Assembly (NCBI GenBank): GCA_963813535.1
Contig: CAWEZH010000002.1
Location: forward strand, 960,001 to 1,024,000
Reading direction: 5' to 3'
DNA: 64,000 bases
From: an uncultured Chloroflexia bacterium
Lineage (GTDB): Bacteria > Chloroflexota > Limnocylindria > Limnocylindrales > CSP1-4
The notes beneath the pieces were generated by a model. The model was not told where the DNA came from. It saw nothing but the letters and a program-made list of their open reading frames with translations, and did no database searches. Of the stretch, positions 10,305 to 20,357 are shown in pieces. How positions within the stretch are numbered: the stretch's first letter is position 1; each line of letters starts with the position of its first letter. A program made the translations under genes and the position numbers.

Positions 10305-10748
10305 GTGGCCACGGTCGAATTCAGCATCGCCATCGATCGACCCGTAGCTGACGTCTATCGCGTGCTATCGACTCCGGAGCTGACACCGCGCTGGTCGACG
10401 AACGCGATCGAGGAGCACATCACGACGCCGGGGCCGCTTGCGCTCGGGTCCCGGCGACGAGCGACGGTCCGTCGCTTCGGGGGCGGCACGAACCAGAACG
10501 AGATCGAGGTCACGGCGATCGAGCCGGGCCGGCGACTCGCGGTCCGCAGCGTCGAGGCACCCGTCCCATTTACGTCCTCCTGGGTGTTTACGCCCGTCGA
10601 CGGAGGCACGAGGGTCGATTGGACCTGGGACTTCGCGTTGCCAGGCTGGCTGCGAATGTTCGACCCGCTCATGGGCGCGTTCTTCGCGCGGGCGTTCCGA
10701 CCCGATCTGGCGCGGTTGAAGGCGATGATGGAGGCGGGCGAGCTCTGA
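10305..10748 (+). CDS. SRPBCC/polyketide cyclase family protein
   Basis: SRPBCC pattern (SIAIDRPVADVY...PRW...GGTRV...DLARLKAMME). Confidence 0.8.
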   Translation: MATVEFSIAIDRPVADVYRVLSTPELTPRWSTNAIEEHITTPGPLALGSRRRATVRRFGGGTNQNEIEVTAIEPGRRLAVRSVEAPVPFTSSWVFTPVDGGTRVDWTWDFALPGWLRMFDPLMGAFFARAFRPDLARLKAMMEAGEL

Positions 10749-10782
10749 CGACGGGCTCGCCACCACGCAAACCTTGGTCACG

Positions 10783-11742
10783 TCAGCCCCCAGCGGTCTC
10801 GCGCAACGACCGTTCGAAGGCCGGCGTCGTGGCATTCGACAGGAGCCGGTCGAAGTGCTCGCCCGCGTACGCGACGAAATCGACGTCCAGCGTGCTGATG
10901 CCCTGCTGGAGGACGCCCCACATCGCCTCGCGGAAGTCGGACACCACCCGCATCAGGGTGAGCCGTCCGAGGCGATCGATCGGCACGGAGCCCAGGTAGG
11001 ACCCCAGCAGGTTCGCGTCGTCGTCGGGCGTCAACTCATGGTTGATGGAGAAATTGCCGAGATCGAAGTACGGGTCGCCCATCCCGGCGTACTCCCAGTC
11101 GACGACGCGGATCCACGCACCATCGTCGATGAAGTTCGCGTTGAGCAGGTCGTTGTGACATGGCTGCAGCTCGATCGGTGACGACAGGCAAGCCAGCTCG
11201 ATCCGGCGTCCGATCGCGGCTGCCACCTCGTATTCGGGAGGGATTCGCACGCCGCGGGCATGCGCCAGTGCCTTGTACGCCTCGACGATGCGGAGCGGCA
11301 CGAAGAGGCCCGGGATGGGCGGTCCCCCGTGGATGCGTCGGAGCGAATCCGCGATCCGGACGAGCGTGGCCTCCTGGCGGACCTCATCGAATGCGACCGG
11401 TGACCCTTCGATGAACCGCGTGACCAGATAGCCCTCTGGTCGGATGAACGCGGTCACCTCCGGACCGACCCCGACCGCTGCCGCAGCGACCGTCGCCGCG
11501 TACTCGACCTCGCGGCTGATGCCGAGCAGATGGGTGTCGTTGCCCGCCAGCCGGATGACGTAGCGATCGGCGATCCCGGCCACGGTCACCAGGAAGTTGC
11601 GGTTCGTGATGCCGCCGCTCAGTGCGGTCAGGCGCAGCTCGCGGCCGGCCAGCTCGGGCACGCGCTGCATCGCGGCGACCAGCTGGTCGTGGAGCTCGCC
11701 GCGCAGGACTTCGCCGTCGTCGGTCATGCCGTCGTCGGTCAT
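10783..11742 (-). CDS. Choline/ethanolamine kinase family phosphotransferase
   Basis: LSGGITNRNF, Brenner motif CHNDLLNANF, VDWEYAGMGDPYFDLGN. Confidence 0.9.
   Translation of the reverse strand: MTDDGMTDDGEVLRGELHDQLVAAMQRVPELAGRELRLTALSGGITNRNFLVTVAGIADRYVIRLAGNDTHLLGISREVEYAATVAAAAVGVGPEVTAFIRPEGYLVTRFIEGSPVAFDEVRQEATLVRIADSLRRIHGGPPIPGLFVPLRIVEAYKALAHARGVRIPPEYEVAAAIGRRIELACLSSPIELQPCHNDLLNANFIDDGAWIRVVDWEYAGMGDPYFDLGNFSINHELTPDDDANLLGSYLGSVPIDRLGRLTLMRVVSDFREAMWGVLQQGISTLDVDFVAYAGEHFDRLLSNATTPAFERSLRETAGG
11713..11742 (-). repeat. Perfect 15-bp tandem duplication (ATGACCGACGACGGC x2) at the kinase start
   Basis: gccgtcgtcggtcat at 11713-11727 and 11728-11742; encodes MTDDG-MTDDG. Confidence 0.9.
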
Positions 11743-11801
11743 GGGGAGCGGCGCGGCGATCGCTCGTCGCGCCGCAGCTCCTCCTCCCGGGAAGGTTCAG
11801 C

Positions 11802-13454
11802 TCAGGCGATCGTGGCCTCGCCCGTGATCGCATCCGCCGACTCGACATCGTCGCGACGTCCGCGGACCGAGACGACGTAGTACAGCGCTCCGAAGATCAA
11901 CAGCGTCCCCACGATCGTCTCGTACAGGGGCCAAGCCGGCAACTGGTCGAGGGGCTGCCCGAACCATTGCAGGAACGAGTTGATGAACGGGTTCCAGTAC
12001 GTGCGGCCTTCGCCACCGAAGTCACCGAACAGGCCTGGGTCATGCCACAGGGCGATGTTGACGATCATCACGGCCCCGTAGATGAGCGCAGCGACGTTGA
12101 TCAGGGTGCCCCACCGGCCGAGGCTGAACCAGGCCTTGTCTCGCGGCCATCCGCGGCGACGCGCTAGCAGGACGCCGAGGTTGCACAGGAAGTAGCTCAG
12201 GTAGATCAAGCCGGTCGCGGCGATCGACAGGACGAAGCCGCCGAATGGGCCGGTCACGAGGATCGGGAGAGCCGCCAGGACGCCCACCGCCACGGCAGCA
12301 TTGGCCGGGGTCTTGAACGTCTGGTTGACCCGACCCCACAGCCCGCCGAGAGGCAGGTGGCGGTCGCGACTCATCGAGAACATCATCCGGGTCGCCGCAC
12401 CCTGGATCGCCAGCGTACAGACGAAGACCGATGCAAGGATGACCAGGAGGTAGACCTCACCGAGGGTGATCCCGGCGACGATCTCCTGGGTCAGATTGGT
12501 GGTGATGATCGTGGCGATGGGGAACCCGCCAGCAAGTCCTTCCTCGATGGTCGCGGGGACGTCGGGGATCGCTAGCAGGACCGCGGTGAGGAAGACGAGG
12601 CCGACGGCCCCCGAGATCAGGATCGACGACAGCACGCCGCGCGGAGCTTGGCGGGTCGCGTCGACTGTCTCTTCGCCGAACGTGCCGGCCGTGTCGAAGC
12701 CGTACACGATGAAGATCGACATATACAGACCGAGCGCAAGCGCCGGCAGATAGCTCCCGCCGGTCGCCGCCTCCGTGCCGCCGGTGTCCAGGAGGATCGA
12801 CACCGGCTGGTTGTTGGCAAAGAACAATAGGATCAATGCGAACACGACCATGCCGAGGATCTCGGTCGCCACGCCGATGTTGTTCAGGATCGACAGCAAC
12901 CGGATGCCGTAGGCGTTGATCAGCGTCGTGATCAGCAGCGTCGTCAGCGCGATGAACGTATGCATGTTGCCCAGGCCGACCGGGGACGGCGAATCGAGGA
13001 AGTCCTGCCCGCCGCCGGTGAATCCGGCGATGACATAGCCGACGATGACCGCGACGGCACTGACCGTGACCACCTGGGCGAAGAAATAGAACCAGCCAGT
13101 GAACCAGCCGAGGGTCCGGTTGGACAGGCGCTTCGACCATTGATAGATGGAGCCGGCGACGGGGAAGTGGCTGGAAAGCTCGGCGAAGTTCAGCGCCACG
13201 ATCAGCTGGCCGCCGATGACGATGAGCCACGACAGGAAGATCGCCGCGGGTCCGCCCAACCCGATCCCGACGCCGAAGTTGCCGAACGAACCGGTAGAAA
13301 CGCTTATGAAGCTGAACGCGATCGCGAAGTTGGACAGAAGGCCAAGCGTCCGCCTCAGCTCGGGTTTGATGCCCAGCGAACGAAGCTGGGCGTCGTCGCG
13401 CGCCGCGACCTCATCTGGGTTGACGGTACCCGCCACGAAGTCCCTCCTTACCAC
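11802..13454 (-). CDS. APC-family amino acid/amine permease
   Basis: Motifs NFAIAFSFIS, FAELSSHFPVAGSIYQW, YGFD..GEET, RMMFSMSRD; about 12 TM helices. Confidence 0.9.
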   Translation of the reverse strand: MVRRDFVAGTVNPDEVAARDDAQLRSLGIKPELRRTLGLLSNFAIAFSFISVSTGSFGNFGVGIGLGGPAAIFLSWLIVIGGQLIVALNFAELSSHFPVAGSIYQWSKRLSNRTLGWFTGWFYFFAQVVTVSAVAVIVGYVIAGFTGGGQDFLDSPSPVGLGNMHTFIALTTLLITTLINAYGIRLLSILNNIGVATEILGMVVFALILLFFANNQPVSILLDTGGTEAATGGSYLPALALGLYMSIFIVYGFDTAGTFGEETVDATRQAPRGVLSSILISGAVGLVFLTAVLLAIPDVPATIEEGLAGGFPIATIITTNLTQEIVAGITLGEVYLLVILASVFVCTLAIQGAATRMMFSMSRDRHLPLGGLWGRVNQTFKTPANAAVAVGVLAALPILVTGPFGGFVLSIAATGLIYLSYFLCNLGVLLARRRGWPRDKAWFSLGRWGTLINVAALIYGAVMIVNIALWHDPGLFGDFGGEGRTYWNPFINSFLQWFGQPLDQLPAWPLYETIVGTLLIFGALYYVVSVRGRRDDVESADAITGEATIA

Positions 13455-13546
13455 CGCGCTGGGGCGCGAGACTGACCTCTAGGAGTGGATGTTGTCGCGG
13501 AGATCGGTGGGTGGGCACTCCCTCGCGCCGCCCGACCGTGCGCGGC

Positions 13547-13574
13547 AGGATAGCACCGGGTTGCGCGCCGTCAA
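13547..13574 (-). promoter_or_regulatory. Putative sigma70 promoter of the permease-kinase operon
   Basis: Minus strand TTGACG-N16-TATCCT with an extended -10 TG. Confidence 0.5.
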
Positions 13575-13586
13575 CGGGCGTTGCGC

Positions 13587-14693
13587 CTACGGATCGAGGC
13601 GGTAGAAGCGGAACGATGGGTGGTCGGTCGGAAGGACCGTGAAGCCGCTGAAACCGGCCTCGTGCGCGATCGCTTGGACGGCCGACGGCCTGATCACGGT
13701 GCCCGTCCCGACACTGGGCTTGTCGATCAGGCCGTTCGCGAGACACGCCACGACGCTGTAGCCGTAGAACATGCGCTCGGCTTCGTCACCCGGGACGGTG
13801 AATGTCTCGGCCACGCGCTCGTCGGCGATCAGCACCGCGCCGCCGGGCGCGAGCAGCCGCTTGGTCGTGGCGAGCACCTCCGCCGGTCGGGCCATGTCAT
13901 GCAGTGCTTCGAAGATCGTCACGAGGTCGTAGCGACCCGCACCAGCCGCGTTCGCGGCATCGGCGAAGAGGAACGACACGCGACCGTCGACACCGGCCTC
14001 GGCGGCGTGCGCCTTCGCCCGCGCGATCGAGCCCTCGTCGATGTCGATGCCGTCGACCTCCACGCCCGGGAAATGGCGCGCGATGGCGATCGACGACCAA
14101 CCGGTGCCGCAGGCCACGTCGGCAACGCGACCCGTGCCGCTGCGCAACCGCTGCGCGATATCCGGCAGGGCGTCGATCCAGTCGCCGACGAGATGGTGGA
14201 ACTGCGGCCGGTTGATGCCTTCCTGGGCCTCGACGACATCCGGACCGTAGTCCGCCCAATCGACACCGTCGCCGGTCCGGTAGGCATCGAGCAGCTTCGG
14301 CATCGTCTTCGCCGTCCCGACCACGAACCGGGCGAGCGGGGCGACCAGCGCGAGACTCTCCGGGTCGGTCAGGACCGCCGTGTGGGCAGCGGGGAGCGTG
14401 TACCGCCGCTCGTCGGCGGCGGCCGACGGGTCGTCCACGTCGAGGATCGAGCCCACCGCCTGGTGCTCGAGCCACTCCCGTGCGTAGCGCGGATCGATGC
14501 CGGCCCGCTCGGCGAGCTCCGGCGGCGTGGCGGGGCCACCCTCTTCGAGTGCGCGGTACAGACCCAGCCGGTCGCCGAGATACACCGCCTGCAGGTCGAG
14601 CGAGGCCAGGACCGCGCCGAACAGCCTGCCGGCGAGCTCATCGCGTCGGGCCTCGTGGGTCGCCTGGTCGTCGGTGTCGAGGATGGCGGTCAT
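13587..14693 (-). CDS. Class I SAM-dependent methyltransferase with N-terminal winged helix (Rv2258c-like)
   Basis: Motifs GDRLGLY..L, RYAREWL, VADVACGTGWS, YDLVTIFEALHDM; ATG at 14693. Confidence 0.85.
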   Translation of the reverse strand: MTAILDTDDQATHEARRDELAGRLFGAVLASLDLQAVYLGDRLGLYRALEEGGPATPPELAERAGIDPRYAREWLEHQAVGSILDVDDPSAAADERRYTLPAAHTAVLTDPESLALVAPLARFVVGTAKTMPKLLDAYRTGDGVDWADYGPDVVEAQEGINRPQFHHLVGDWIDALPDIAQRLRSGTGRVADVACGTGWSSIAIARHFPGVEVDGIDIDEGSIARAKAHAAEAGVDGRVSFLFADAANAAGAGRYDLVTIFEALHDMARPAEVLATTKRLLAPGGAVLIADERVAETFTVPGDEAERMFYGYSVVACLANGLIDKPSVGTGTVIRPSAVQAIAHEAGFSGFTVLPTDHPSFRFYRLDP

Positions 14694-14704
14694 CGGCAGC
14701 CCCC

Positions 14705-16111
14705 CTATCGTGCGGCGACGGCTCCGCGGAGCGCGTCGGGGATCGGTCGGTGCAGCTCGACCGGCCGGATGTAGGCGGTGATCATCTCGCGCGTCCCGTT
14801 GACCCCAAGCTCGGTGAAGAGGAACGAGAACTTGCGCCGCTGGGCGGCGAGGATCTCGTCCTTCGAATCGAGGTCCCACAGCTCGCGCCTGAACGGGCCG
14901 ATCGCCTTCTTGCGCGTGGTGTAGACGAACTGTTGGTCGGTCTGGTCGGGCTTGCGTTCGTCGGCGGCGTTCTCGAAGACCCACGCCTCGACCTTCTTGT
15001 GGAGCTCGTCCGGGAACGCCGGATGCTCGTAGAGGGCGTTCTGGAACCCGGTCGCGAGGTGGATCTCGGCCGTTTCGACGGCCGGGAACCGATGGAACAG
15101 CTCGTCGGGCAGGGTCGACGCCCCGTGTTGGACGGCGCCGGCCATCCCGTACGAGCGGGCGACCTCGCCAAGCTCGCGCAGGACATCGAAGTCGAGCTTG
15201 ACCTCCGCCATGCCACCGTCGGCCAACGGCACGCCACCGTGGCTCGTGCCGGTCTGGACGCTCACCTTCGAGATGCCGGGCGCGCCCGGGGCCCGTGCCG
15301 CCAGCTCGCGGTCGTAGCCATCGATGTATGCGCGCAACTCCTCGACAGTCGAGTTCTGGTGGCCCACCTCGCCGATCTCGCCACCCACGCTGACTGTGAC
15401 GCCGTCCGTCTCGAGCGAGCGGATCAGGGCGGTCAACTCGGCCGCCCGCACGTAGTTCTCGCGCTGCTGCTCGTCGACGCTCGGCTTCGACAGGTCGACC
15501 AGCGTCGAGGAGTCGATGTCGATGTTGCGATAGCCCGAATCGATGGCGAGCCGGCAGGCGCGCCGGATCTCCTCGGTCATCGTCTCGGGGTCGGCCGCGT
15601 ACTTCTTGGCGTTGAACTGATAGTGATCGCCCTGGATGAACACGGGAGCTCGCCAGCCTGCGGCGATGGCGCCGGCGAGCACGGATGTCGCGAAGTCGAT
15701 CGGGCGTTGGTAGGTGTAGGTCTGCTCGCTGCGAGCGATCTCGAGGATGACCGCGCCGACATCGGCGCTGTGAGCCGCATCGAACACCGTCCGCGCCATA
15801 TCGAACGTCTGCGCGCGGAGGTTGATCGCCGGGACGGTGAAGCCCGAGACTTCCCCGCGACCGCGGGCCTGGTATAGCTCGTGGATGCTCGCCGACAGCG
15901 CACCGAGCTCCTGGCTCGCCTCCCAGACCAGCCACTGGGCGGCCGTCGTCGTCGCCTCGTCGTCGCTGAATGCCGCGGTCCACGCGAGGTCGCGGATGGC
16001 CGTGTCGCGGAACGCCGTCTCGTCGTCGATGACGAGACGGTCGCCGGCCAGGTGGGCGGCGCCCGTGATCGCCTCGATCAGGTCGGCTGGGCTGGTCGCG
16101 ACGTGCGGCAT
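14705..16111 (-). CDS. Class II fructose-bisphosphate aldolase family (long form)
   Basis: Motifs VPAINLR, QGDHY, IDSS, GGEIGEVG, GTSHGG, VQHGAS. Confidence 0.85.
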   Translation of the reverse strand: MPHVATSPADLIEAITGAAHLAGDRLVIDDETAFRDTAIRDLAWTAAFSDDEATTTAAQWLVWEASQELGALSASIHELYQARGRGEVSGFTVPAINLRAQTFDMARTVFDAAHSADVGAVILEIARSEQTYTYQRPIDFATSVLAGAIAAGWRAPVFIQGDHYQFNAKKYAADPETMTEEIRRACRLAIDSGYRNIDIDSSTLVDLSKPSVDEQQRENYVRAAELTALIRSLETDGVTVSVGGEIGEVGHQNSTVEELRAYIDGYDRELAARAPGAPGISKVSVQTGTSHGGVPLADGGMAEVKLDFDVLRELGEVARSYGMAGAVQHGASTLPDELFHRFPAVETAEIHLATGFQNALYEHPAFPDELHKKVEAWVFENAADERKPDQTDQQFVYTTRKKAIGPFRRELWDLDSKDEILAAQRRKFSFLFTELGVNGTREMITAYIRPVELHRPIPDALRGAVAAR

Positions 16112-16234
16112 CGGTCGGCGATCTCCTTGTGTCGTTCGCGACCCATGGTAGCGGGCAGGTCCCGCGGCGACCCTCTACGCCGGGCCGGCCGGCCGGTTCG
16201 TGCATCCGATGCAAGGCCGCGGCCAGTCAGGGAG

Positions 16235-16714
16235 TCAGAACGGCTTGACCACCATCAGGAAGACGATGACGACGATCAGGATCCCGAGGATCGCCCCGCC
16301 CCGCCGGACAGCGCTGACCTCCTCCATGAGGCCGGGCGGTGGGCCTTTGGCATCGGGCGGCGGTGGGGCCGATGTCAGCTCGATCACCCGCGCGACGTGC
16401 TTGGACTGGACGAACAGGGCGTAGTACAACGCCAGCAGGTACAGGACGATCGCGACCAGCAGCCACGTCGACGCCATCAGGTCGCGACCGCTGATCCAGA
16501 TCAACAGGACGCCCGTGATGCCCTGGAAGATGGCGAGCGGCTTGATGATCCGGTCGCTGATCCGCGCCGACACCCGCGTCGCGAAGTTCGCGTGCTGGGG
16601 CTCGGCCCCACCCATCGCGCCCATGATCGAGAAGGAGAAGGTCGGCCCGAAGGCGATGATCGCCCCGATCACGTGCAGGAACAGGACATATGGGAACAGC
16701 CACGCGAGATCCAT
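16235..16714 (-). CDS. DUF2269-like membrane protein
   Basis: FLHVIGAIIAFG start, four TM helices, C-terminal LMVVKPF. Confidence 0.75.
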   Translation of the reverse strand: MDLAWLFPYVLFLHVIGAIIAFGPTFSFSIMGAMGGAEPQHANFATRVSARISDRIIKPLAIFQGITGVLLIWISGRDLMASTWLLVAIVLYLLALYYALFVQSKHVARVIELTSAPPPPDAKGPPPGLMEEVSAVRRGGAILGILIVVIVFLMVVKPF

Positions 16715-16778
16715 CGCAAACCCTCCCTCGCCGGACTGACACCATCAGGCTCAGGCCGTGCCGGCGCGAGGATACGCC

Positions 16779-18878
16779 CTACGAGACCCGCTTCGAGCGT
16801 CGCCCGACGAAGTCGACCAGCACGTACTCCCCGAGGCGCTCGGGCGTGGCGTAGAACGCCCGACCGCGGTTGAGCTTGGTCATGTGGGCCACGAACTCGG
16901 CCAGCGCCCTCGACCGCTCGAGCATGAACGTGTTGATCGTGATGCCCTCCTTCGTGCAGCGCTGGACCTCGCGGAGGGTCTCGGTGATCGTGCGCCGTGT
17001 CGGCGGGTAGCTGAACTCGACCTGGCCGTCCTCGAAATGGGCGGTCGGCTCCCCGTCCGTGATGACGACGATCTCCTTGTTCGCCGCGGCCTGTCGGGCG
17101 AGGATCCGCCGGGCGAGCAGGAGACCGTGCTGCAGGTTCGTCCCGTATTCGTAGCCGTGCCACGTCAGCTCGGCCAGGGCGCCCGGCCGGATCTCCCGCG
17201 CGTAGTAGGCGAAGCCGATGACCGACAGGTGGTCGCGCGGGTACTGCGACCGGATCAGCGTATCGAGCGCGACCGCTACCTTCTTCGCGGCGAGGAAGCA
17301 GCCGCGCAACAGCATCGACCGGCTCATATCGACGAGCAGCACGGTCGCCGTCGTCGTCAGCTGCTCGCTGCGATAGACCTCGAAGTCGTCGGGTGTGAGG
17401 CGGAGTCCGCGATCGCCCCGCGCGGCGCGAGCCGCCGGCGCGTTCTCATCGCGCAGCATCGCGTTCGACAGCGTGCCGCGGAGATCGAGATGGAAGGGAT
17501 CGCCGAACTCGTACGGCTTGGTCGTCTCCTCGCGCTCGCCTCCCCTGCCCTGCCGATCGATGCGGTGTCCGCCGAACGCATCGCGCTCGAGGCGTGAGAA
17601 CAGGTCGTCGAGCACCTGCTGCCCGATCTTGCGCGTCCCGCGCGGGGTCAGCTCGAGTCGATCACCGTCGCGGGTCAGATAGCCGGCTTCCTCGAGACGC
17701 CGAGCGAGGTCATCGAGGGCGTCGAGGTCCCGGACGGCGTCGTCGCCCATCAGGTCGCGGACCTCGTCGCGGTCGATCGACGCCAGGTCGCCAGGTGCCT
17801 CGACGTCCATGAAAACGTCCTCGAGCCGCTCCATCGACTGGAGGCGCGCGATCTGCGCCAGCGCCCCGTCGAGCGACAGGGACTCGTCACCGCTGAACCG
17901 GACGCGGTCGCCCAGTCCGCCCGGCAGCAGCATGTCGAGGTTCGATGCGAGCTGCGCGAGGTCGATCAGCAGACGGTCGTCGCGGAGGAGCGCCTCCATC
18001 ATCGACTCGAGCTCCGCGCGCTGTTCGGGGCTGAGCGACCGCATCAGCGATTGCATGGCGGCCATGCGCTGCGCGAGCTGATCGATGATGTCGTCGAACG
18101 ACTGGGCGCCGGGGAAGAACCGCCCGTGCTTGGCCAGGAACTGGCGGGCGTCCGGCTCGCCGCCGCCGATCTTCTCGCGAATCAGCTCGTTGAGGTCGCG
18201 GACCATCTCGCGGTTGGCGGCGAGGTCCTCGGGCGTCATCGAGCGGATCGCCTCGCCCATGCCGGAGGCGAACTGGTCGAGGACCTGCTTGCTGAGCCGT
18301 TCGACGAGCTCGTCGAACCGCTCTCGGGCGTCGGGCTCCAGGAAGTCGTACTCGCGCAGGTCGCGGATGCGGTCGCCAAGGTCGGGCGGGAGCGAGTCGA
18401 GTCGATCGATGCGGCGTGCCGCGAGGTCGCGCGCGGCCCGGGCGGTGTCGGGGTCGGGAGCCTCTTTCGCCGCCGTCTGCAGACGGCGCTCCACGCCGGC
18501 CCGTTCCTCGTCGACGATCTCGTCGAGTTCGCGCCGGATGTCGCCCAGGACGTCGCCCAGGTCGTAGCGCTCGCGAAGCTCCTCGCGCCGCCGCGCCAGA
18601 CGCTCCATGAGGTCCTGGAGTCCCTGCATGTCGGGGCGGGTCGGGTCGCCGCTCCGCCAGCCGCGTTCCATCAGCCGCCGCAGCGCCTCGGCAAGGTCGC
18701 CCTCGGCCATCACGTCATCCGACAGCGCCTTGAGGATCTCGTCGGCGTCGAGGTCGGGCAGCCGCTGCGTTCCATCCCAGCGCGAATAGCGGGCACGCCG
18801 CGCCAGGTCGGCGACGGCGTCGTCGGCGCGCGGGACGCGACCGGTCAGGTCTCGCGGATCCGGCGAGTAGGCGGTCAT
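16779..18878 (-). CDS. VWA domain protein (Rv0959-like)
   Basis: N-terminal RYSRWDGTQ; MIDAS motifs DMSRSM, TNLQHGL, ITDGEPTAH. Confidence 0.85.
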   Translation of the reverse strand: MTAYSPDPRDLTGRVPRADDAVADLARRARYSRWDGTQRLPDLDADEILKALSDDVMAEGDLAEALRRLMERGWRSGDPTRPDMQGLQDLMERLARRREELRERYDLGDVLGDIRRELDEIVDEERAGVERRLQTAAKEAPDPDTARAARDLAARRIDRLDSLPPDLGDRIRDLREYDFLEPDARERFDELVERLSKQVLDQFASGMGEAIRSMTPEDLAANREMVRDLNELIREKIGGGEPDARQFLAKHGRFFPGAQSFDDIIDQLAQRMAAMQSLMRSLSPEQRAELESMMEALLRDDRLLIDLAQLASNLDMLLPGGLGDRVRFSGDESLSLDGALAQIARLQSMERLEDVFMDVEAPGDLASIDRDEVRDLMGDDAVRDLDALDDLARRLEEAGYLTRDGDRLELTPRGTRKIGQQVLDDLFSRLERDAFGGHRIDRQGRGGEREETTKPYEFGDPFHLDLRGTLSNAMLRDENAPAARAARGDRGLRLTPDDFEVYRSEQLTTTATVLLVDMSRSMLLRGCFLAAKKVAVALDTLIRSQYPRDHLSVIGFAYYAREIRPGALAELTWHGYEYGTNLQHGLLLARRILARQAAANKEIVVITDGEPTAHFEDGQVEFSYPPTRRTITETLREVQRCTKEGITINTFMLERSRALAEFVAHMTKLNRGRAFYATPERLGEYVLVDFVGRRSKRVS

Positions 18879-18903
18879 CGGCTGGCGCTCGCGGCGTCGC
18901 GGC

Positions 18904-20349
18904 CTACCGGTGGTAGACCGTGCCGCCGGCGATCCGCTCCTTGTTGAGCCGCCGAGCGAGATGGAGCCCCTCGAGCAGGAATTCCACGGCCGAGGCGACG
19001 ACCGCCGGCTCCTCGGCACCGTCGGTCACGTCGAACGTGCCGAGACCCGCGACAGCGTCATCCATGCCAGGCACCTCGCGCAGCCAGGTGACGTATTCGC
19101 GCGACGGTGTTCGTTCCCCGGCCTCGACGATGAACCCGTCTTCGAAGGCCTCGACGATCGGCTCCAGGTCGTCGAGCGTGACACGGCGGTTGAACGTCGA
19201 GTAGAGGGCCTTCGTGATCAGCCGTTCGACGACACGCTCCTCGGGCGCCTCGTCGCCGACCGACTCGAGCTCGACCTTGCCGACGGTCGAGGCCACGATC
19301 GCGCCGAGATCGGACACGCGGGGTGCCGCGACCGCCTCGCCGAGCCGGACCGCACGCTTCAGGGCAGCCGCTTCGAGCACCTCCATGTTGGCCACGGAGA
19401 CGCGCACCGACACGCCCGAGCGCTGACTGATCTCCGGCGAACGCCGCGCGAGCTGGGTGATCTCGGCGATGACCTCTTCCATGAACGGTGGCACGACGAC
19501 CGTGGGCGTGGCGGCGTCGCCGTCCGTCGCACCCGGGCCGAAGCGGTGCTTCTCCTGCGCCACGATCGACAGCTCCTGGTCGAGCGAGCGCGGGTAGTGG
19601 GTCCGGATCTGCGAGCCGAGGCGGTCCTTGAGCGGCGTGATGATGCGGCCGCGCGAGGTGTAGTCCTCGGGGTTGGCACTGGCGACCACGTACAGGTCGA
19701 GCGGCAGGCGGACGGTGAAGCCGCGGATCTGGACGTCGCGCTCCTCGAGCACGTTGAGCAGGCCGACCTGGATCCGCTCGGCCAGGTCGGGCAGCTCGTT
19801 GATAGCGACGATGCCCCGATTCGCCCGAGGGATGAGCCCGTAGTGGAGCGTCATCTCGTCGGACAGGTAGCGTCCCTCGGCGATCTTGATCGGGTCGACC
19901 TCGCCGATCAGGTCGGCGATCGTGATGTCGGGCGTCGCCAGCTTCTCGGCGTAGCGGCGATCGCGGGGCAGCCAATCGATCGCGCCATCGTCGCCCTCGC
20001 TGTCGACGATGGCGCGGGCCGCGGCGGAGACCGGCGCGTATGGGTCGTCGTTGAGCTCCCCGCCGCGCAGCACCGGCAGCCACTCGTCGAGCAGGCCGAT
20101 CAGCAGGCGGGCCATCCGTGTCTTGGCCTGCCCGCGCTCGCCGAGGAACACGAGGTCATGGCCGGCCAGGATCGCGTTCTCGATGGCGGGGATGACCGAG
20201 TCCTCATACCCCACGATGCCGGGCAGGACCTCGCGGCCGTCGGCAAGACGCGCGATGAGGTTCGCGCGGAGCTCGTCCTTCACGGTGCGCGACCGCCAGC
20301 CGCTGGCCCGGAGCTCGGCGATCGTCGTGGGGCGCTCGGCGGATGGCAT
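18904..20349 (-). CDS. Mg-chelatase-like AAA+ ATPase (Rv0958-like), partner of the VWA protein
   Basis: Walker A variant GERGQAKT; ANRGIVAINELPDL; SANPEDYT.RGRIITPLKDR. Confidence 0.85.
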   Translation of the reverse strand: MPSAERPTTIAELRASGWRSRTVKDELRANLIARLADGREVLPGIVGYEDSVIPAIENAILAGHDLVFLGERGQAKTRMARLLIGLLDEWLPVLRGGELNDDPYAPVSAAARAIVDSEGDDGAIDWLPRDRRYAEKLATPDITIADLIGEVDPIKIAEGRYLSDEMTLHYGLIPRANRGIVAINELPDLAERIQVGLLNVLEERDVQIRGFTVRLPLDLYVVASANPEDYTSRGRIITPLKDRLGSQIRTHYPRSLDQELSIVAQEKHRFGPGATDGDAATPTVVVPPFMEEVIAEITQLARRSPEISQRSGVSVRVSVANMEVLEAAALKRAVRLGEAVAAPRVSDLGAIVASTVGKVELESVGDEAPEERVVERLITKALYSTFNRRVTLDDLEPIVEAFEDGFIVEAGERTPSREYVTWLREVPGMDDAVAGLGTFDVTDGAEEPAVVASAVEFLLEGLHLARRLNKERIAGGTVYHR

Positions 20350-20357
20350 CGTGGACC

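Noticed and set aside
13587-16214. 875-aa ORF suggesting a large fusion protein
   Set aside because: The N-terminal part is an off-frame shadow of the aldolase; the real methyltransferase starts at 14693.
18904-20349. Chlorophyll or cobalamin chelatase subunit
   Set aside because: It is paired with an Rv0959-type VWA protein and there are no tetrapyrrole genes; it fits the generic AAA+/VWA family.
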